A stretch of 64,000 nucleotides of DNA from an uncultured Candidatus Saccharibacteria bacterium (GCA_964513645.1 CAZENF010000002.1:206072-270071); one strand, 5' to 3'; positions 39,760-50,844 are shown, counted from the first letter of the stretch. The notes: generated by a model not told the origin, from the letters alone. Numbers and translations are program-made.

Positions 39760-40328
39760 TTATGTCCAGAAAAGTTTTAACTAAATTTTATTTACGAAAT
39801 AATGAAAAAGGATTTACTCTTGTTGAATTTATTACAACTATGTTTGTCTTTTCTGTCATGGCGATTATAGTAGCCGGTATTTGGGTCAAGGCCGTTCAGA
39901 TCGAGCGTAGAGATTTTTCCGCTCAAATCATCGAAGAGAATACCTTAGCTGTTTTGGATACTATGGCTAAAGAGATAAGAGTTAGTACGATTACCAATCA
40001 GGACAATAATTGTTCAGCTGCGCCTTCTGCAAGCTTAACTATGACGTTCAATGACTCTTTAGGGGGTTCGGGCACTCTGGTCTATAGTCTTGTGGGCGGG
40101 GTTGTCCAAAGAACCTATGGCGGCGTAACTTATCAGATGAGCTCTAATGATATCGTTTTTAATTCTCTGGGTTTCTGTGTTTCCGGCTCCTCGACCAGCC
40201 CTTATGGAAATGATGCAACCAGGGTCACCATCATTGCATCAATATCAAATACAACTGGAAATATCGTCACCGTAAATACCCAGACAGCCGTCACGATTCG
40301 GGATGTTAGTGCCGAGGTACAAAATTAG
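39750..40328 (+). CDS. Type IV minor pilin, PilW-like
   Basis: Prepilin motif KGFTLVEFITTMFVF. Confidence 0.7.
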   Translation: MVLIMSRKVLTKFYLRNNEKGFTLVEFITTMFVFSVMAIIVAGIWVKAVQIERRDFSAQIIEENTLAVLDTMAKEIRVSTITNQDNNCSAAPSASLTMTFNDSLGGSGTLVYSLVGGVVQRTYGGVTYQMSSNDIVFNSLGFCVSGSSTSPYGNDATRVTIIASISNTTGNIVTVNTQTAVTIRDVSAEVQN

Positions 40329-40380
40329 CATTGACCAAATGTTAACTGATCTGAAAAAAGAAAATCAGAGAGGGTCCATA

Positions 40381-41418
40381 ATGCTTTACACGCTTTTAAT
40401 ATTGATCTCGTTGATATTATTATCCGGGACACTTCTAAAGATATTTATCCCAAAGCTCCATGCAGTCAATGAGACCGTTTATTCAACTGACGCTCTTTAT
40501 GCAGCGGATAGCGGTACGGAGTGGTGTCTTTATGAGAATAACGTCAATCCGATCAAACTAGCGATGCCTTTTGATGAAGGTTCTGGTACGACTGCTAATG
40601 ATTATTCTGGTTATGGCAATAACGGCACCCTAACTAACGGCCCTACATGGGTAGCCGGCAAATACGTTAACGGTATAAGTTTTGATGGAGTTAATGATTA
40701 TGTAAGGCTGGGTAATGTATTAAACTGGCCGTCAACAAATAGCATGACCATATCTGCTTGGATAAATCGTAGGAATGTAACTAATAATGCAACAATAATT
40801 TCAAAAAAGACCAGCAACTCTTCTACCACCCCAGGGTATTCTCTATTTCAATGGTCCGCAGCTAATGGCGGAAACACTTGTTTCTATATATCTGACGGTG
40901 TAGGTCAATACGAAACTTGTACGCCCGATAATTCAACTATAGATCTAAATCAGTGGCATTTTATTGCTGTAACCTTTGATCGAGTCAACGGAAGGGCCGG
41001 CTCTTCTATATATATTGATGGAGTAAATTCCGAACAGTCAAGTTATGAAGTGGGAAATCCGAGCACTCTTGGCGCTGTTAGCAATAATGAAAGTCTTTGT
41101 ATCGGTACTGCGCCTGTTGGTGCCGGATCATGTACCACGACCCAGCTACAGTTCCCGGGCACTATTGATAATGTCAGGATTTATGCCAAAGCCCAATCTC
41201 AAGCTGAGATCCAAGCCGATATGAATACACCTGTTCCAACATCAATCCCACCCGTCAGGAGTCCAGTGGCAAGTCCCATGATGACCAACGGCTCAGTCTT
41301 TTCTATTTATTCACCGGCCTCTTCATCGACCCCATCAAATTGTACAGACTATAGCTTAAATTATAGGACCGTTGGAACATACAGAGGTATTTCTAGGTCT
41401 TTGCAGGTTCACCAATAA
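40381..41418 (+). CDS. PilX-like pilus-associated protein with LamG (concanavalin A-like lectin) domain
   Basis: N-terminal TM anchor then a LamG-like block (GNNGTLTNGPTWVAGKYVNGISFDGVNDYV...ISAW). Start set at the internal ATG with an RBS. Confidence 0.6.
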   Translation: MLYTLLILISLILLSGTLLKIFIPKLHAVNETVYSTDALYAADSGTEWCLYENNVNPIKLAMPFDEGSGTTANDYSGYGNNGTLTNGPTWVAGKYVNGISFDGVNDYVRLGNVLNWPSTNSMTISAWINRRNVTNNATIISKKTSNSSTTPGYSLFQWSAANGGNTCFYISDGVGQYETCTPDNSTIDLNQWHFIAVTFDRVNGRAGSSIYIDGVNSEQSSYEVGNPSTLGAVSNNESLCIGTAPVGAGSCTTTQLQFPGTIDNVRIYAKAQSQAEIQADMNTPVPTSIPPVRSPVASPMMTNGSVFSIYSPASSSTPSNCTDYSLNYRTVGTYRGISRSLQVHQ

Positions 41419-41463
41419 TATAGAGGTGCCAGTTCTAAAGCTATATTACTCACAATAATAATC

Positions 41464-41492
41464 TTGTTAGGATAAGACTATTTTTGTATAAT
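41464..41492 (+). promoter_or_regulatory. Sigma70-like promoter
   Basis: -35 TTGTTA, 17-nt spacer, -10 TATAAT (context TTTTTGTATAAT). Confidence 0.4.
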
Positions 41493-41540
41493 AGAAACAA
41501 ATAATAAGCGGACTATCCTCTAGATAATCCGTATAAATAA

Positions 41541-44500
41541 ATGATTAAACGTTTACACTCGTTTTCTGCGATAGCGGTTTTAGTGGCATTACTGGGAAGC
41601 GCTTTAAGTGCTTATGCTCATGGGCTGTTTCCCCAAATCGTTCTTTCCGCAAGTACAGGCACGGAAACGACCTATATATTTCAAGTTAATAATTCTAATG
41701 ATGATGCAAACGAGGATGGTGTAAATTATTCATCATCCAACCCGGAACAGTGGTTGGGTAACGGAGCATCGACCGATAAAAGTTATCTCGGCCTGCGCTT
41801 TAATGGTGTTGCAATTCCTAAAAACGCTGTTATTACTGCTGCATATCTTGATCTTTACTCTACTCAAGACCAATGGATTAATTTAAGCGTTCAGATTGGA
41901 ATGGAAGCAATCGGTAATAGTGATCCGTTTTCTGCTACTCGCCGAATGTCTCAGCTTGTATTGACCTCCACTAAAGTAGACAACAACTCCAATGTTAAAT
42001 GGTCGGCTAATGGCTGGTATAGTTTTAGCGATATAACCTCGGTTGTCCAAGAGCTGGTTAATAGAAGTGATTGGCAGTCTGGCAATTCGGTAGCTATTGT
42101 CTTAAAGGGGACAGGAACTCAGTATGGCCGTAAATTCATTGCTAGTTTTGATAGCAATCCTGGTTCTGCACCACGTTTTGTCGTACACTATATGGTTGCT
42201 GGTTCTTCTACTCCAACGCCACTTCCTACTCAAATACCAACTTCTACTCCGATACCAACCCCAATTGCTTCCCCAACTCCAAGTATTATTCCAACATCAC
42301 CTCCTTCCCCATCTCCTGTAGTGACTCCCATTCCAACTCCCATTCCTACTCCTATTTTTACCTCAACCCCTATTCCAACTCCAACTTCCCTTGATAAAAC
42401 AGCTCCTTCCATTTATTCAGTCGCAGCTACAAATCCGACCCCTTTTTCTATGACCATAAACTGGACTACTAATGAGCCGGCAGATTCTCAGGTCGAATTT
42501 TGTCTTACTTCGAGTCATTGCAATAACAATACTCCGATCATATCCTCTCTTCAGCTTAACCATTCTATTAACCTTTTTGGTTTAACTCCTCAAACCCGTT
42601 ATTATTATTGGGTTAAATCTAGGGATGCAGTTGGCAATTTAGCAATTTCATATAGAAGGTATTTTGTGACCTCAAGTTCAATTACACCAACACCTGTTCC
42701 AACCCCAACTCCAGTCGCAGGAGATACGAAACCACCCATCATCTCGAATATTTTGGTTACAAATATTGGACAATTTTCAGCCAATATTTCATGGACAACT
42801 GATGAAGCATCAGATGGCCAGGTAGAGTTTATGAACCCATGTCCTTCAACTGGTTGTCTCACCCCCGTTGTTTCAACTCTTGTAACATCTCATCTGATAA
42901 ATATTTTTAACCTTAGCCCCGGGACAACTTATCACTATGTAATAAAATCTAAGGATGCAAGCGGGAATTTATCCGTTTCTTTAAATCAATATTTCACTAC
43001 TCTTTCTCCAACACCCACTCCTACCCCAGTTCTTATGCCGACTCCTGCTCCAATTCTTACACCCACGCCCATGCCTTCCACAGCTCCTTCAGCCGACGTT
43101 TATCCCGAATCAATGTCAATGCATGCCTGGCGGGTTGGTGGTAAAAATGCACCTAACCCTCTCTATGACAAGTGTGATGACGGTACGGATATTGTTTTAG
43201 TCCACAATCAGTACTATGTAATTGGTTATGACGGAATTAAATATCCAACCTGGCATCCTCCAGTGGTCACAAACCCCATAACCGGGGTAGGCAAGTGTTA
43301 CTTTGGTCATGAACATGGCACTGATCCTCAAACCTACGTCCATTGGAATGATATTGTCCAGCATTTCGGCAAAGATATTAATGGTGACGGAATCATTTCA
43401 GCTATGATTATCAACCCATTGACCGGCCAGATAACTCCGGGCGATCGAGCTGGCATTCCTTTCGGTATCGCCAATGAACATATGGACCAATATTACAACC
43501 AGGAAAACCGAGATTCAGTCTTTGTCAGACATGAAGACCATGTCGGCCATAAAATAGAAGTTGCTAATTATGAATCCGACACTTTAAATAACAGCACCCA
43601 TACCATGGCCCAGCTTCCTGGTACGACCGGGATCAATGTACCCTACTACAAAGCAGGTTCGGAAACCTATCAGCCGACGGGTATTGTCTGTACTCATCTC
43701 CATAAATTCCATCAAGGCACCCATTCACCTGATGCGGTTAGAAACAATCTTCATGAGGTCATTTTCCATTCAACTTGCACCAGTGTAGATACCAATGGCA
43801 TCAACGCCCCGGCCTATTATCCAAGCAATACGGTCATATTAACCGGAATGATGGCTTTCGGTAATCCAGGTGAATATCTGCGCTTCTGCTTCAACGATCG
43901 AATGACTAAGGTTTGCGCAGATGGTAAAAATCCTGATGGAACCTGTGTAATCAATGACCCACTAATCAGCAAACTGCCTAAGGCAATTTACAGCGATACT
44001 CTCGGCCGAAACATGGTCGATAAATACTGTCTCGATAATTTTAGTAAATTAAATCCGGGTCTTAACTACTTTAATCCATATGAACTCTGGCAGGGTGATC
44101 TTCGGATTCAGAAGGCGGACGGAGATATGTTGGCTGAACATGGTCGACAATGGGATGTCTTAGATCCTGTCAGATTCATTGACTCAACCTCAACCACCGG
44201 CATAAGCTACAATTCGAGCCAATGTGCTTCTGGCGGAGCCTTCAGTAATATTCAGTATATCGGTGGTTGCAACTCCAGAACCCAGAATATACCTTGGGAT
44301 TCACCACTCTCTGGGTTCAGAGGTTTAAAGAGGACAACTTATTTCGGTCGCAATCGTGTTTCTAATCCTGGGGGCCCTGATGTTTGGTGGACCGATCCTC
44401 TGGGCGGTAATGCAAGTCCAACCCAATTTACATCCGGTCTCAAACAGAGAATCTCACCGGTTGAGGCCGATATCCAGAAAGTCCAATATCGTATCCAGCA

Positions 44501-44588
44501 GCTTTATGGCCCAGATAACTTCCTTAATGACCGCGCTATTCAGAGAACCTTTAATGACGGAGGGGGGACAGTCCATGCACCGAATTAG
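41541..44588 (+). CDS. Large secreted protein. Signal peptide, N-terminal beta domain, two fibronectin-III-like repeats separated by Pro/Thr-rich linkers, and a 500-aa His-rich C-terminal domain.
   Basis: 1015 aa. Signal peptide ending AYAHG. Repeated xxINWTTxExxDxQVEF modules. PTPTP linkers. HEHG and HEDHVGH clusters. Confidence 0.6.
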   Translation: MIKRLHSFSAIAVLVALLGSALSAYAHGLFPQIVLSASTGTETTYIFQVNNSNDDANEDGVNYSSSNPEQWLGNGASTDKSYLGLRFNGVAIPKNAVITAAYLDLYSTQDQWINLSVQIGMEAIGNSDPFSATRRMSQLVLTSTKVDNNSNVKWSANGWYSFSDITSVVQELVNRSDWQSGNSVAIVLKGTGTQYGRKFIASFDSNPGSAPRFVVHYMVAGSSTPTPLPTQIPTSTPIPTPIASPTPSIIPTSPPSPSPVVTPIPTPIPTPIFTSTPIPTPTSLDKTAPSIYSVAATNPTPFSMTINWTTNEPADSQVEFCLTSSHCNNNTPIISSLQLNHSINLFGLTPQTRYYYWVKSRDAVGNLAISYRRYFVTSSSITPTPVPTPTPVAGDTKPPIISNILVTNIGQFSANISWTTDEASDGQVEFMNPCPSTGCLTPVVSTLVTSHLINIFNLSPGTTYHYVIKSKDASGNLSVSLNQYFTTLSPTPTPTPVLMPTPAPILTPTPMPSTAPSADVYPESMSMHAWRVGGKNAPNPLYDKCDDGTDIVLVHNQYYVIGYDGIKYPTWHPPVVTNPITGVGKCYFGHEHGTDPQTYVHWNDIVQHFGKDINGDGIISAMIINPLTGQITPGDRAGIPFGIANEHMDQYYNQENRDSVFVRHEDHVGHKIEVANYESDTLNNSTHTMAQLPGTTGINVPYYKAGSETYQPTGIVCTHLHKFHQGTHSPDAVRNNLHEVIFHSTCTSVDTNGINAPAYYPSNTVILTGMMAFGNPGEYLRFCFNDRMTKVCADGKNPDGTCVINDPLISKLPKAIYSDTLGRNMVDKYCLDNFSKLNPGLNYFNPYELWQGDLRIQKADGDMLAEHGRQWDVLDPVRFIDSTSTTGISYNSSQCASGGAFSNIQYIGGCNSRTQNIPWDSPLSGFRGLKRTTYFGRNRVSNPGGPDVWWTDPLGGNASPTQFTSGLKQRISPVEADIQKVQYRIQQLYGPDNFLNDRAIQRTFNDGGGTVHAPN

Positions 44589-44589
44589 A

Positions 44590-44620
44590 AAAAATAGCCG
44601 TTTAAAACGGCTATTTTTTG
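44590..44620 (+). terminator. Rho-independent terminator
   Basis: Stem ATAGCCG/CGGCTAT followed by T6. Confidence 0.7.
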
Positions 44621-44678
44621 ATTGCTAATATTCTCGATCATTCTTGCTTGCGAGTGTTTTTTACTATAGCCTTATCTT

Positions 44679-46742
44679 ATGATTAGTAAAATTGAAGTCC
44701 GTAAAAGAATAGATAAACTTCAAAAGACAATAAATCATCACCGCTATCTTTATCATGTTTTGGATAAGCAGGAGATATCCGATCAGGCCCTCGACTCTCT
44801 TAAAAAAGAGCTTTTTGATCTGGAGCAGAAATACCCTGAATTTGTAACTCCCGATTCACCGACCCAAAGGGTCGGCGGCAAACCTTTAAAGGAATTTAAG
44901 AAATTCAAACATCCGGAACAGATGCTTTCCTTTAACGATGCTTTTAATGAGAAAGATATGGAGGAATGGCAATCTCGTTTTGAACGCTTATCCAAGGGCG
45001 CTGCCTCGGATGGATTTTATTCCGAGCTCAAGATAGACGGCCTTGCTATCGAGCTGATATATAAGAAAGGAGAACTTGAAATAGGTTCCACCAGGGGGGA
45101 CGGCGTCACCGGAGAAGATGTTACCCAGAACTTAAAAACCGTCGAAGCAATACCGCTTAAGCTTTTAAATGAAGATGAAGTTGAAAAAAATCTTAAAAAA
45201 GAAGGTTTGGATAAATTTATTCCCGAGGTTAAAAAATCTCTTAACGGCACCTTGGTTGTTCGCGGAGAAGTTTTTATAACACTAAAAGATTTTAAACGTA
45301 TAAATCGTGAACAGGAAAAAAAAGGCCTTAAGATATATGCCAACCCGCGTAATCTGGCGGCTGGCTCTGTCAGGCAGCTCGATCCGGCAATAACCCGTTC
45401 CCGCAATCTTGATTCTTTTGCTTATTCTTTAAGGACAGACGTCGGACAGTCCAAACACGAAGAGGAACACCTCGTGCTTAAAGCCCTTGGCCTTAAGACC
45501 AATCATAATAATAAATTTTGCAAAGACCTTAAAGCGGTCCAAGCGTTCAGAGATCACTGGGAGACGGAACGTGAAAAACTAAATTACGAAATAGATGGTA
45601 CGGTCGTAGTGGTGAACGATAACAGGATATTTGAAAAATTAGGCGTGGTCGGCAAAGCTCCTCGGGGCGCGATAGCTTATAAGTTCGCGCCGCGTGAATC
45701 TGAAACGGTTGCTGAAGATATAATTGTCCAGGTTGGCCGGACGGGAATCTTAACCCCGGTGGCGGTTTTAAAACCCGTCAATATCGGCGGGGTAACTGTT
45801 TCACGGGCAACCCTCCATAATCTTGATGAGATAAAACGTCTCGGCTTAAAAATAGGGGATACGGTCATAGTCGGGCGGGCGGGTGATGTTATTCCGGATA
45901 TCAGAAAAGTTATAACCGAATTGAGAACAGGCAAGGAAAAAGAGTTTCATATGCCGAAGAAATGCCCGGTCTGTGACAGTCCGGTTGAACAGGTTTCGGG
46001 GCAGGTCGCTTTTAAGTGTGTGAACAAGAATTGTCCGGCAATCAGGAGAGAAGCCGTATATCACCTCGTTTCTAAGCGAGCTTTTGATATTGATGGAGTC
46101 GGTCCCAAAATAATTGATCAATTGATGGAAGCCGGTCTTATTCGTGATGCGGCCGACCTCTTTCGCCTTAAAAAAGAAGATCTTCTTAATCTTGAAAGAT
46201 TTGCCGAAAAATCAGCCCAAAATACAATTGAAGCGATTAATTCGAAGAAAAATGTTTCTCTTGATAAATTCGTCTATTCTCTGGGTATCGACCATGTCGG
46301 CGAAGAAACAGCATTTACTTTGGCCAGGCGATTCCAAAAATTAGATGCTATCGCCAAAGCTAAGCTCGATGATTTAAACAATGCACCCGATATCGGCCCG
46401 GTGGTAGCGGAAAGCATCTACGAATGGTTCCAGAAACCGTATCATTTAAAGTTATTGGAAAAATTTAAAAAAGCTGGAATTACAGTTCTCGAAGAAAAAA
46501 AGAAAAAAGGTTCAGATAAATTAGCCGGCAAAACATTTGTTCTGACCGGGAGTCTCGAATCTATGACCAGAGACGAGGCCAAAGACAGGGTCAGGGAACT
46601 GGGAGGCGATATTTCTTCTTCAGTCTCAAAAGAGACGGATTATGTCGTGGCCGGGACAGAGCCCGGTTCCAAATTTGATAAAGCCAAAAAACTTGGCGTC
46701 AAAATAATCGACGAAAAAGAATTCCTGAAAATTATCGGATAA
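44679..46742 (+). CDS. ligA: NAD-dependent DNA ligase
   Basis: KIDG adenylation motif (ELKIDGLA), zinc-finger Cys4 and a C-terminal BRCT domain. 687 aa. Confidence 0.95.
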   Translation: MISKIEVRKRIDKLQKTINHHRYLYHVLDKQEISDQALDSLKKELFDLEQKYPEFVTPDSPTQRVGGKPLKEFKKFKHPEQMLSFNDAFNEKDMEEWQSRFERLSKGAASDGFYSELKIDGLAIELIYKKGELEIGSTRGDGVTGEDVTQNLKTVEAIPLKLLNEDEVEKNLKKEGLDKFIPEVKKSLNGTLVVRGEVFITLKDFKRINREQEKKGLKIYANPRNLAAGSVRQLDPAITRSRNLDSFAYSLRTDVGQSKHEEEHLVLKALGLKTNHNNKFCKDLKAVQAFRDHWETEREKLNYEIDGTVVVVNDNRIFEKLGVVGKAPRGAIAYKFAPRESETVAEDIIVQVGRTGILTPVAVLKPVNIGGVTVSRATLHNLDEIKRLGLKIGDTVIVGRAGDVIPDIRKVITELRTGKEKEFHMPKKCPVCDSPVEQVSGQVAFKCVNKNCPAIRREAVYHLVSKRAFDIDGVGPKIIDQLMEAGLIRDAADLFRLKKEDLLNLERFAEKSAQNTIEAINSKKNVSLDKFVYSLGIDHVGEETAFTLARRFQKLDAIAKAKLDDLNNAPDIGPVVAESIYEWFQKPYHLKLLEKFKKAGITVLEEKKKKGSDKLAGKTFVLTGSLESMTRDEAKDRVRELGGDISSSVSKETDYVVAGTEPGSKFDKAKKLGVKIIDEKEFLKIIG

Positions 46743-47547
46743 GAACATGTCCCTGCCAGTCGAGGTAGAACTGAACTCCGAACGGACTTGGCGGGATAGC
46801 TACTAGTATGCCTTTTGTTATGAGATCGTTTATATCTTTCGGTACTGTGCCGTACTTTTGAACATAGAGCGACACGGCTTTATCAAGGAGGTCGAGGATA
46901 TCAAGCTGAACCAAATGGGTTTTGGCGTTGTCTTTGACCAATTCATCGTTTGAAGTTGCATATATCGACTCCCATATTATTCTAGTCTGTTCGCGGTAAT
47001 TATTGCTGGTACCGTAACGGGCGGCCGCGGTCTTGGCTATCTCGCTAGCTCCAGGAGTATTGGCGGCAAGATTAAAATACTTAATTGCATTTATTCTGTC
47101 TTTAAAAAATTCGTGATAGGTAGTCGCAAGATAATAGGGGATGCGCCAGTCTGGGTCAGCATCCTGAATGCCGAGCTCGGCTATTTCAACACCCTGGCTG
47201 ACATGGCCGATATTGGGCAGGATTATCGTTGAAAAAGCGTAGGGATAGCTGAATTTAGGGTCAAGATCATTTACAACCTTGACCATGTCTCCGAATTTTT
47301 CAGGATAATCATTTACTTCTTGAACTGCATATATCCACATTAAAGAAGAAGCTGCTGAATTAAGGCCCAGGTCGACTATCTTTATCGCCTGAGCTGGAAT
47401 TATTGCCGGTGTAGTATCGGGTCTCTGGTTTATTTTAAGGTCAGAGTAATATTGGAGCATAATTATTGCTCCAATTAAGAAAGAAAATATCAAAGCTTGG
47501 GTAGCCCCCCTTTTTACAAAGGCTGTATCTATAGAGAATGAGTTCAC
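46732..47547 (-). CDS. Hypothetical exported/membrane-anchored protein, last gene of the ABC operon
   Basis: 271 aa with an N-terminal TM helix. Confidence 0.45.
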   Translation of the reverse strand: MNSFSIDTAFVKRGATQALIFSFLIGAIIMLQYYSDLKINQRPDTTPAIIPAQAIKIVDLGLNSAASSLMWIYAVQEVNDYPEKFGDMVKVVNDLDPKFSYPYAFSTIILPNIGHVSQGVEIAELGIQDADPDWRIPYYLATTYHEFFKDRINAIKYFNLAANTPGASEIAKTAAARYGTSNNYREQTRIIWESIYATSNDELVKDNAKTHLVQLDILDLLDKAVSLYVQKYGTVPKDINDLITKGILVAIPPSPFGVQFYLDWQGHVLIR

Positions 47548-48305
47548 AGGTCTTTTTTATTAAAAACAGTCCCGGCGATATAAAGAAGGAAAACTATATA
47601 AACTAATGCATAAGCTGATGAAAAAAACATTTCAGACCTTGAAATATGAAGGTTGTGTGCTATCAAGCTACGGATGTCGAATTTTTCCAAATTGGGTAGG
47701 ACGTAGTAGATTCCCAGGAGCAAATCCTTGGTCAGTCCGGCAGATTTCATTGCGTATGCCTGTATCAATCCGAGAAGATGCCCGATATATATAATTAATA
47801 TTGTATATATCGTTGAAGCGAGTGGTGTGGTAAAGACTGAAAAAAGTATAAGGAAAGCAATTAGCAGAGCCGTTTCACAGAGCTCGAGCCAGACATTGAT
47901 GAAAGCATAATAATCCATACCCCCGCCGTTGGCATAGACGACAACAAGATAGGCAGCGGTCATGAGAAATGTCAGGAGAGCTATCCCAGCCAGAAGACCC
48001 AGGAATTTTCCGATTATTATGTTTGTTCTGGTGACTGGTTTTGCCAGAAGAATGTAAGTTGTCCTTTTTTCGACCTCATCATAAACCAAATAACCTCCAA
48101 GGAACACGGTTATTATCAGGCCGAAAATATAAATTCCGGCAAGGCCCAATGTTTTGATTATAAAAATACTGTCTTCAATAGCCAGAGAACTTAGAACTGC
48201 GGTCGAACCAATGAAGATAAAAGCAAAAATAACTATTCCGTATAATATTTTATCTCGAATAACCTGGCGAAAAGTGTTTTTAGCGATTGTCAGTACGGTT
48301 CTCAT
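47544..48305 (-). CDS. ABC-2 family transporter permease
   Basis: Six TM helices. Translationally coupled to the ATPase gene. Confidence 0.7.
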   Translation of the reverse strand: MRTVLTIAKNTFRQVIRDKILYGIVIFAFIFIGSTAVLSSLAIEDSIFIIKTLGLAGIYIFGLIITVFLGGYLVYDEVEKRTTYILLAKPVTRTNIIIGKFLGLLAGIALLTFLMTAAYLVVVYANGGGMDYYAFINVWLELCETALLIAFLILFSVFTTPLASTIYTILIIYIGHLLGLIQAYAMKSAGLTKDLLLGIYYVLPNLEKFDIRSLIAHNLHISRSEMFFSSAYALVYIVFLLYIAGTVFNKKDL

Positions 48306-49006
48306 AAACTTTTTATTGTTTTTACGAACTGTTCTTCCAGCGGCAAACCCTTTCTAAAACCGTCGGTCGAACCTGAATAGATCAGCTGACCTTTATTTAT
48401 TATTCCGATCTGGTCGCAGATATTTTCAACGTCAGAAAGTATGTGGGAATTGAAAAATACCGTCTTGCCGGAGTTTTTTAATTCATGGAGGACGGATTTA
48501 ATTTCAAGGCGGCCGATAGGATCAAGTCCTTCCAGCGGCTCATCCAGAAAAATATATTCAGGGTCATTAACCAGGGCTTGTGCAAAACCCAGCCTCTGTT
48601 TCATACCCTTAGAGTAAGTTCTTATTTTTTTGTTTCGAGCATCGTAAATCCCTATTTTTTTCATTGTTTCTTCAAGTTCTTTGATAGTTTTTTTGTGCAC
48701 TTTAGGAAAAATATCAGCCGCAAACCTCATAAATTCAATACCTGTCAGCTGGTCATAAAATCTCGGCTCTTCGGGCATGAAACCGATACCCTCCCTCGTC
48801 GAAGACAGGTAAGGAGAGCGCCCGTCTATCGATATGCTGCCTGAATCAGGATTGTTGATGCCGACGGCTATTTTGATGGTTGTTGTCTTGCCGGCGCCGT
48901 TCGGGCCGAGGAAGCCAAAAACGCTTCCTTTGGGAATAACCAGAGAAAGGTCGTCGACAACCTTCTGTTTGCCGTATGTTTTGGTGAGGTTTTTTATTTC
49001 TATCAT
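48302..49006 (-). CDS. ABC transporter ATP-binding protein
   Basis: Walker A GPNGAGKTT, signature motif and Walker B FLDEP. Confidence 0.9.
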   Translation of the reverse strand: MIEIKNLTKTYGKQKVVDDLSLVIPKGSVFGFLGPNGAGKTTTIKIAVGINNPDSGSISIDGRSPYLSSTREGIGFMPEEPRFYDQLTGIEFMRFAADIFPKVHKKTIKELEETMKKIGIYDARNKKIRTYSKGMKQRLGFAQALVNDPEYIFLDEPLEGLDPIGRLEIKSVLHELKNSGKTVFFNSHILSDVENICDQIGIINKGQLIYSGSTDGFRKGLPLEEQFVKTIKSL

Positions 49007-49113
49007 GTTTTCCTTACAATAATATTACTATGTAATACGGCACAATCAAGATGCCGGAGGGTTTTATTTTTTGTATAAATTGTGATAATTTATTAGAATA
49101 CATAACCTCTACC

Positions 49114-49434
49114 ATGCTTACTGAAAAAGAGATAAAACACATCGCCGAGCTGGCCAGGATAGAACTGACAGAGAAGGAAGAAGAAAAAATGAAGGACGAA
49201 CTCTCGTCTGTTTTGGACTATGTTGTACAACTGAACAAAGTAAATACAGACCAAGTCGAGCCCCTATACCAGACCACTGGTTTGGTAAACTCCATCCGTA
49301 AAGACGAACATCGGACCGAACCGTCTGAAGGTCAGATTTTTGAGATGGATGAAAAGTTAAACAAAGCTCTCATCGGTCAGGCGCCGGAAAAGGAGAACAG
49401 TTTTATCAAGGTCAGATCGGTTCTAAGTAAATAA
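49114..49434 (+). CDS. gatC: Asp/Glu-tRNA amidotransferase subunit C
   Basis: Conserved GatC N-terminus LTEKEIKHIAELARIEL. Start set at the internal ATG. Confidence 0.8.
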   Translation: MLTEKEIKHIAELARIELTEKEEEKMKDELSSVLDYVVQLNKVNTDQVEPLYQTTGLVNSIRKDEHRTEPSEGQIFEMDEKLNKALIGQAPEKENSFIKVRSVLSK

Positions 49435-50844
49435 ATGGTAAACAACAAATCCCACACAATTAAGAGCGTTATCGAGGGATTGGAGAAAAAGGAATTTTCT
49501 GTCGAAGAGATATTCGGCCATTATGCTGTAAAAATAAACCTCGAGAACAAGAAACTCAATGCCTATTTAGCTATGTTGCCGCAGGACAGTTACAAGTTGC
49601 CCGGGCACGGGACTTTAAAAGGCGTTCCTTGCGCTATCAAAGACAATATCCTTATCGAGGGCTATCAGGCGACGGCCGGTTCAAAAATTTTGGCAAATTA
49701 TATATCCGCTTACGATGCGACAGTTATAACCCGGCTTAAAAAACAGGGAGCGATGTTTCTGGGCAAGACCAATCTCGACGAATTTGCGATGGGTTCTTCG
49801 ACTGAAAATTCCGCTTTTGGTCCGTCTAAAAATCCTCATGACCTTGAACGTGTTCCGGGCGGTTCATCCGGCGGCTCGGCCGCGGCCGTAGCGGCTGATC
49901 TATGCGTCTTTGCCCTGGGTTCCGATACCGGTGGTTCTATTCGTCAGCCCGCGAGCTTGTGCGGTGTCGTCGGTTTAAAGCCGACCTACGGACGCGTTTC
50001 CCGGCATGGAATCGTCGCCCTGGCCTCCTCGCTTGACCAGATCGGCCCTTTGACCAAAAATGTTTACGATTCAGCCATGGTTATGAATGTTATTTCAGGA
50101 AGGGATATTTTTGATTCTACGACTGCTGACATGTCTGCGGTTGATTTTACTAAAGATCTGGATAAGCCGATCAAAGGACTTAAAGTCGGAATTCCAAAGG
50201 AGTATTTCGGCAAAGGTATGTCAGTGGAGGTCAGAACAAAGGTTGAGGAGGCGATCAAAAAAATGGAGACTCTTGGCTGTAAGATAGAAGAAATAACCCT
50301 ACCTCATTCCGAATATGCTCTCGCGGTGTATTATATTGTCTTACCATGCGAAGCTTCTTCCAACTTGGCGCGTTTTGATGGAATACGCTACGGCCACTCG
50401 GCGCACCATGCCAAAACCCTCCTCGATGTTTACCGGAAGAGCAAAGCTGAAGGGTTCGGCCCCGAACCCAAAAGGCGGATAATGTTGGGAACCTATGCTC
50501 TTTCTTCGGGTTACTATGACGCCTATTACCTCAAGGCTCAAAAGGTCAGATCTTTGATAAAAAAAGATTTTGAGGAAGCTTTTAGGAAGGTTGACATTAT
50601 CGCCGGGCCAACCGCGCCGACCACAGCTTTTAAAATAGGGGAGAAGGCGGCCGACCCGCTTTCGATGTATCTTTCCGATATTTACACTGTTCCGGTCAAT
50701 TTGGCGGGTCTGCCCGGAATCTCTATACCTTGCGGCAACGGTTCTGAAAGCGGTCTGCCGGTCGGATTTCAGCTTATCGGACGTGCATTCGATGAAGAGA
50801 CGGTTTTGAGAGCCGCTCATCAATTAGAAAAATCACTTCAATAA
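49435..50844 (+). CDS. gatA: Asp/Glu-tRNA amidotransferase subunit A
   Basis: Amidase signature [13 protein letters not shown]...[12 protein letters not shown]. Confidence 0.9.
   Translation: MVNNKSHTIKSVIEGLEKKEFSVEEIFGHYAVKINLENKKLNAYLAMLPQDSYKLPGHGTLKGVPCAIKDNILIEGYQATAGSKILANYISAYDATVITRLKKQGAMFLGKTNLDEFAMGSSTENSAFGPSKNPHDLERVPGGSSGGSAAAVAADLCVFALGSDTGGSIRQPASLCGVVGLKPTYGRVSRHGIVALASSLDQIGPLTKNVYDSAMVMNVISGRDIFDSTTADMSAVDFTKDLDKPIKGLKVGIPKEYFGKGMSVEVRTKVEEAIKKMETLGCKIEEITLPHSEYALAVYYIVLPCEASSNLARFDGIRYGHSAHHAKTLLDVYRKSKAEGFGPEPKRRIMLGTYALSSGYYDAYYLKAQKVRSLIKKDFEEAFRKVDIIAGPTAPTTAFKIGEKAADPLSMYLSDIYTVPVNLAGLPGISIPCGNGSESGLPVGFQLIGRAFDEETVLRAAHQLEKSLQ

Noticed and set aside
42195-43090. 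Short tandem PTPTP/PIPTP repeats, possible CRISPR-like or VNTR repeats
   Set aside because: They lie inside the 1015-aa coding frame and encode Pro/Thr linkers. There is no repeat-spacer periodicity.
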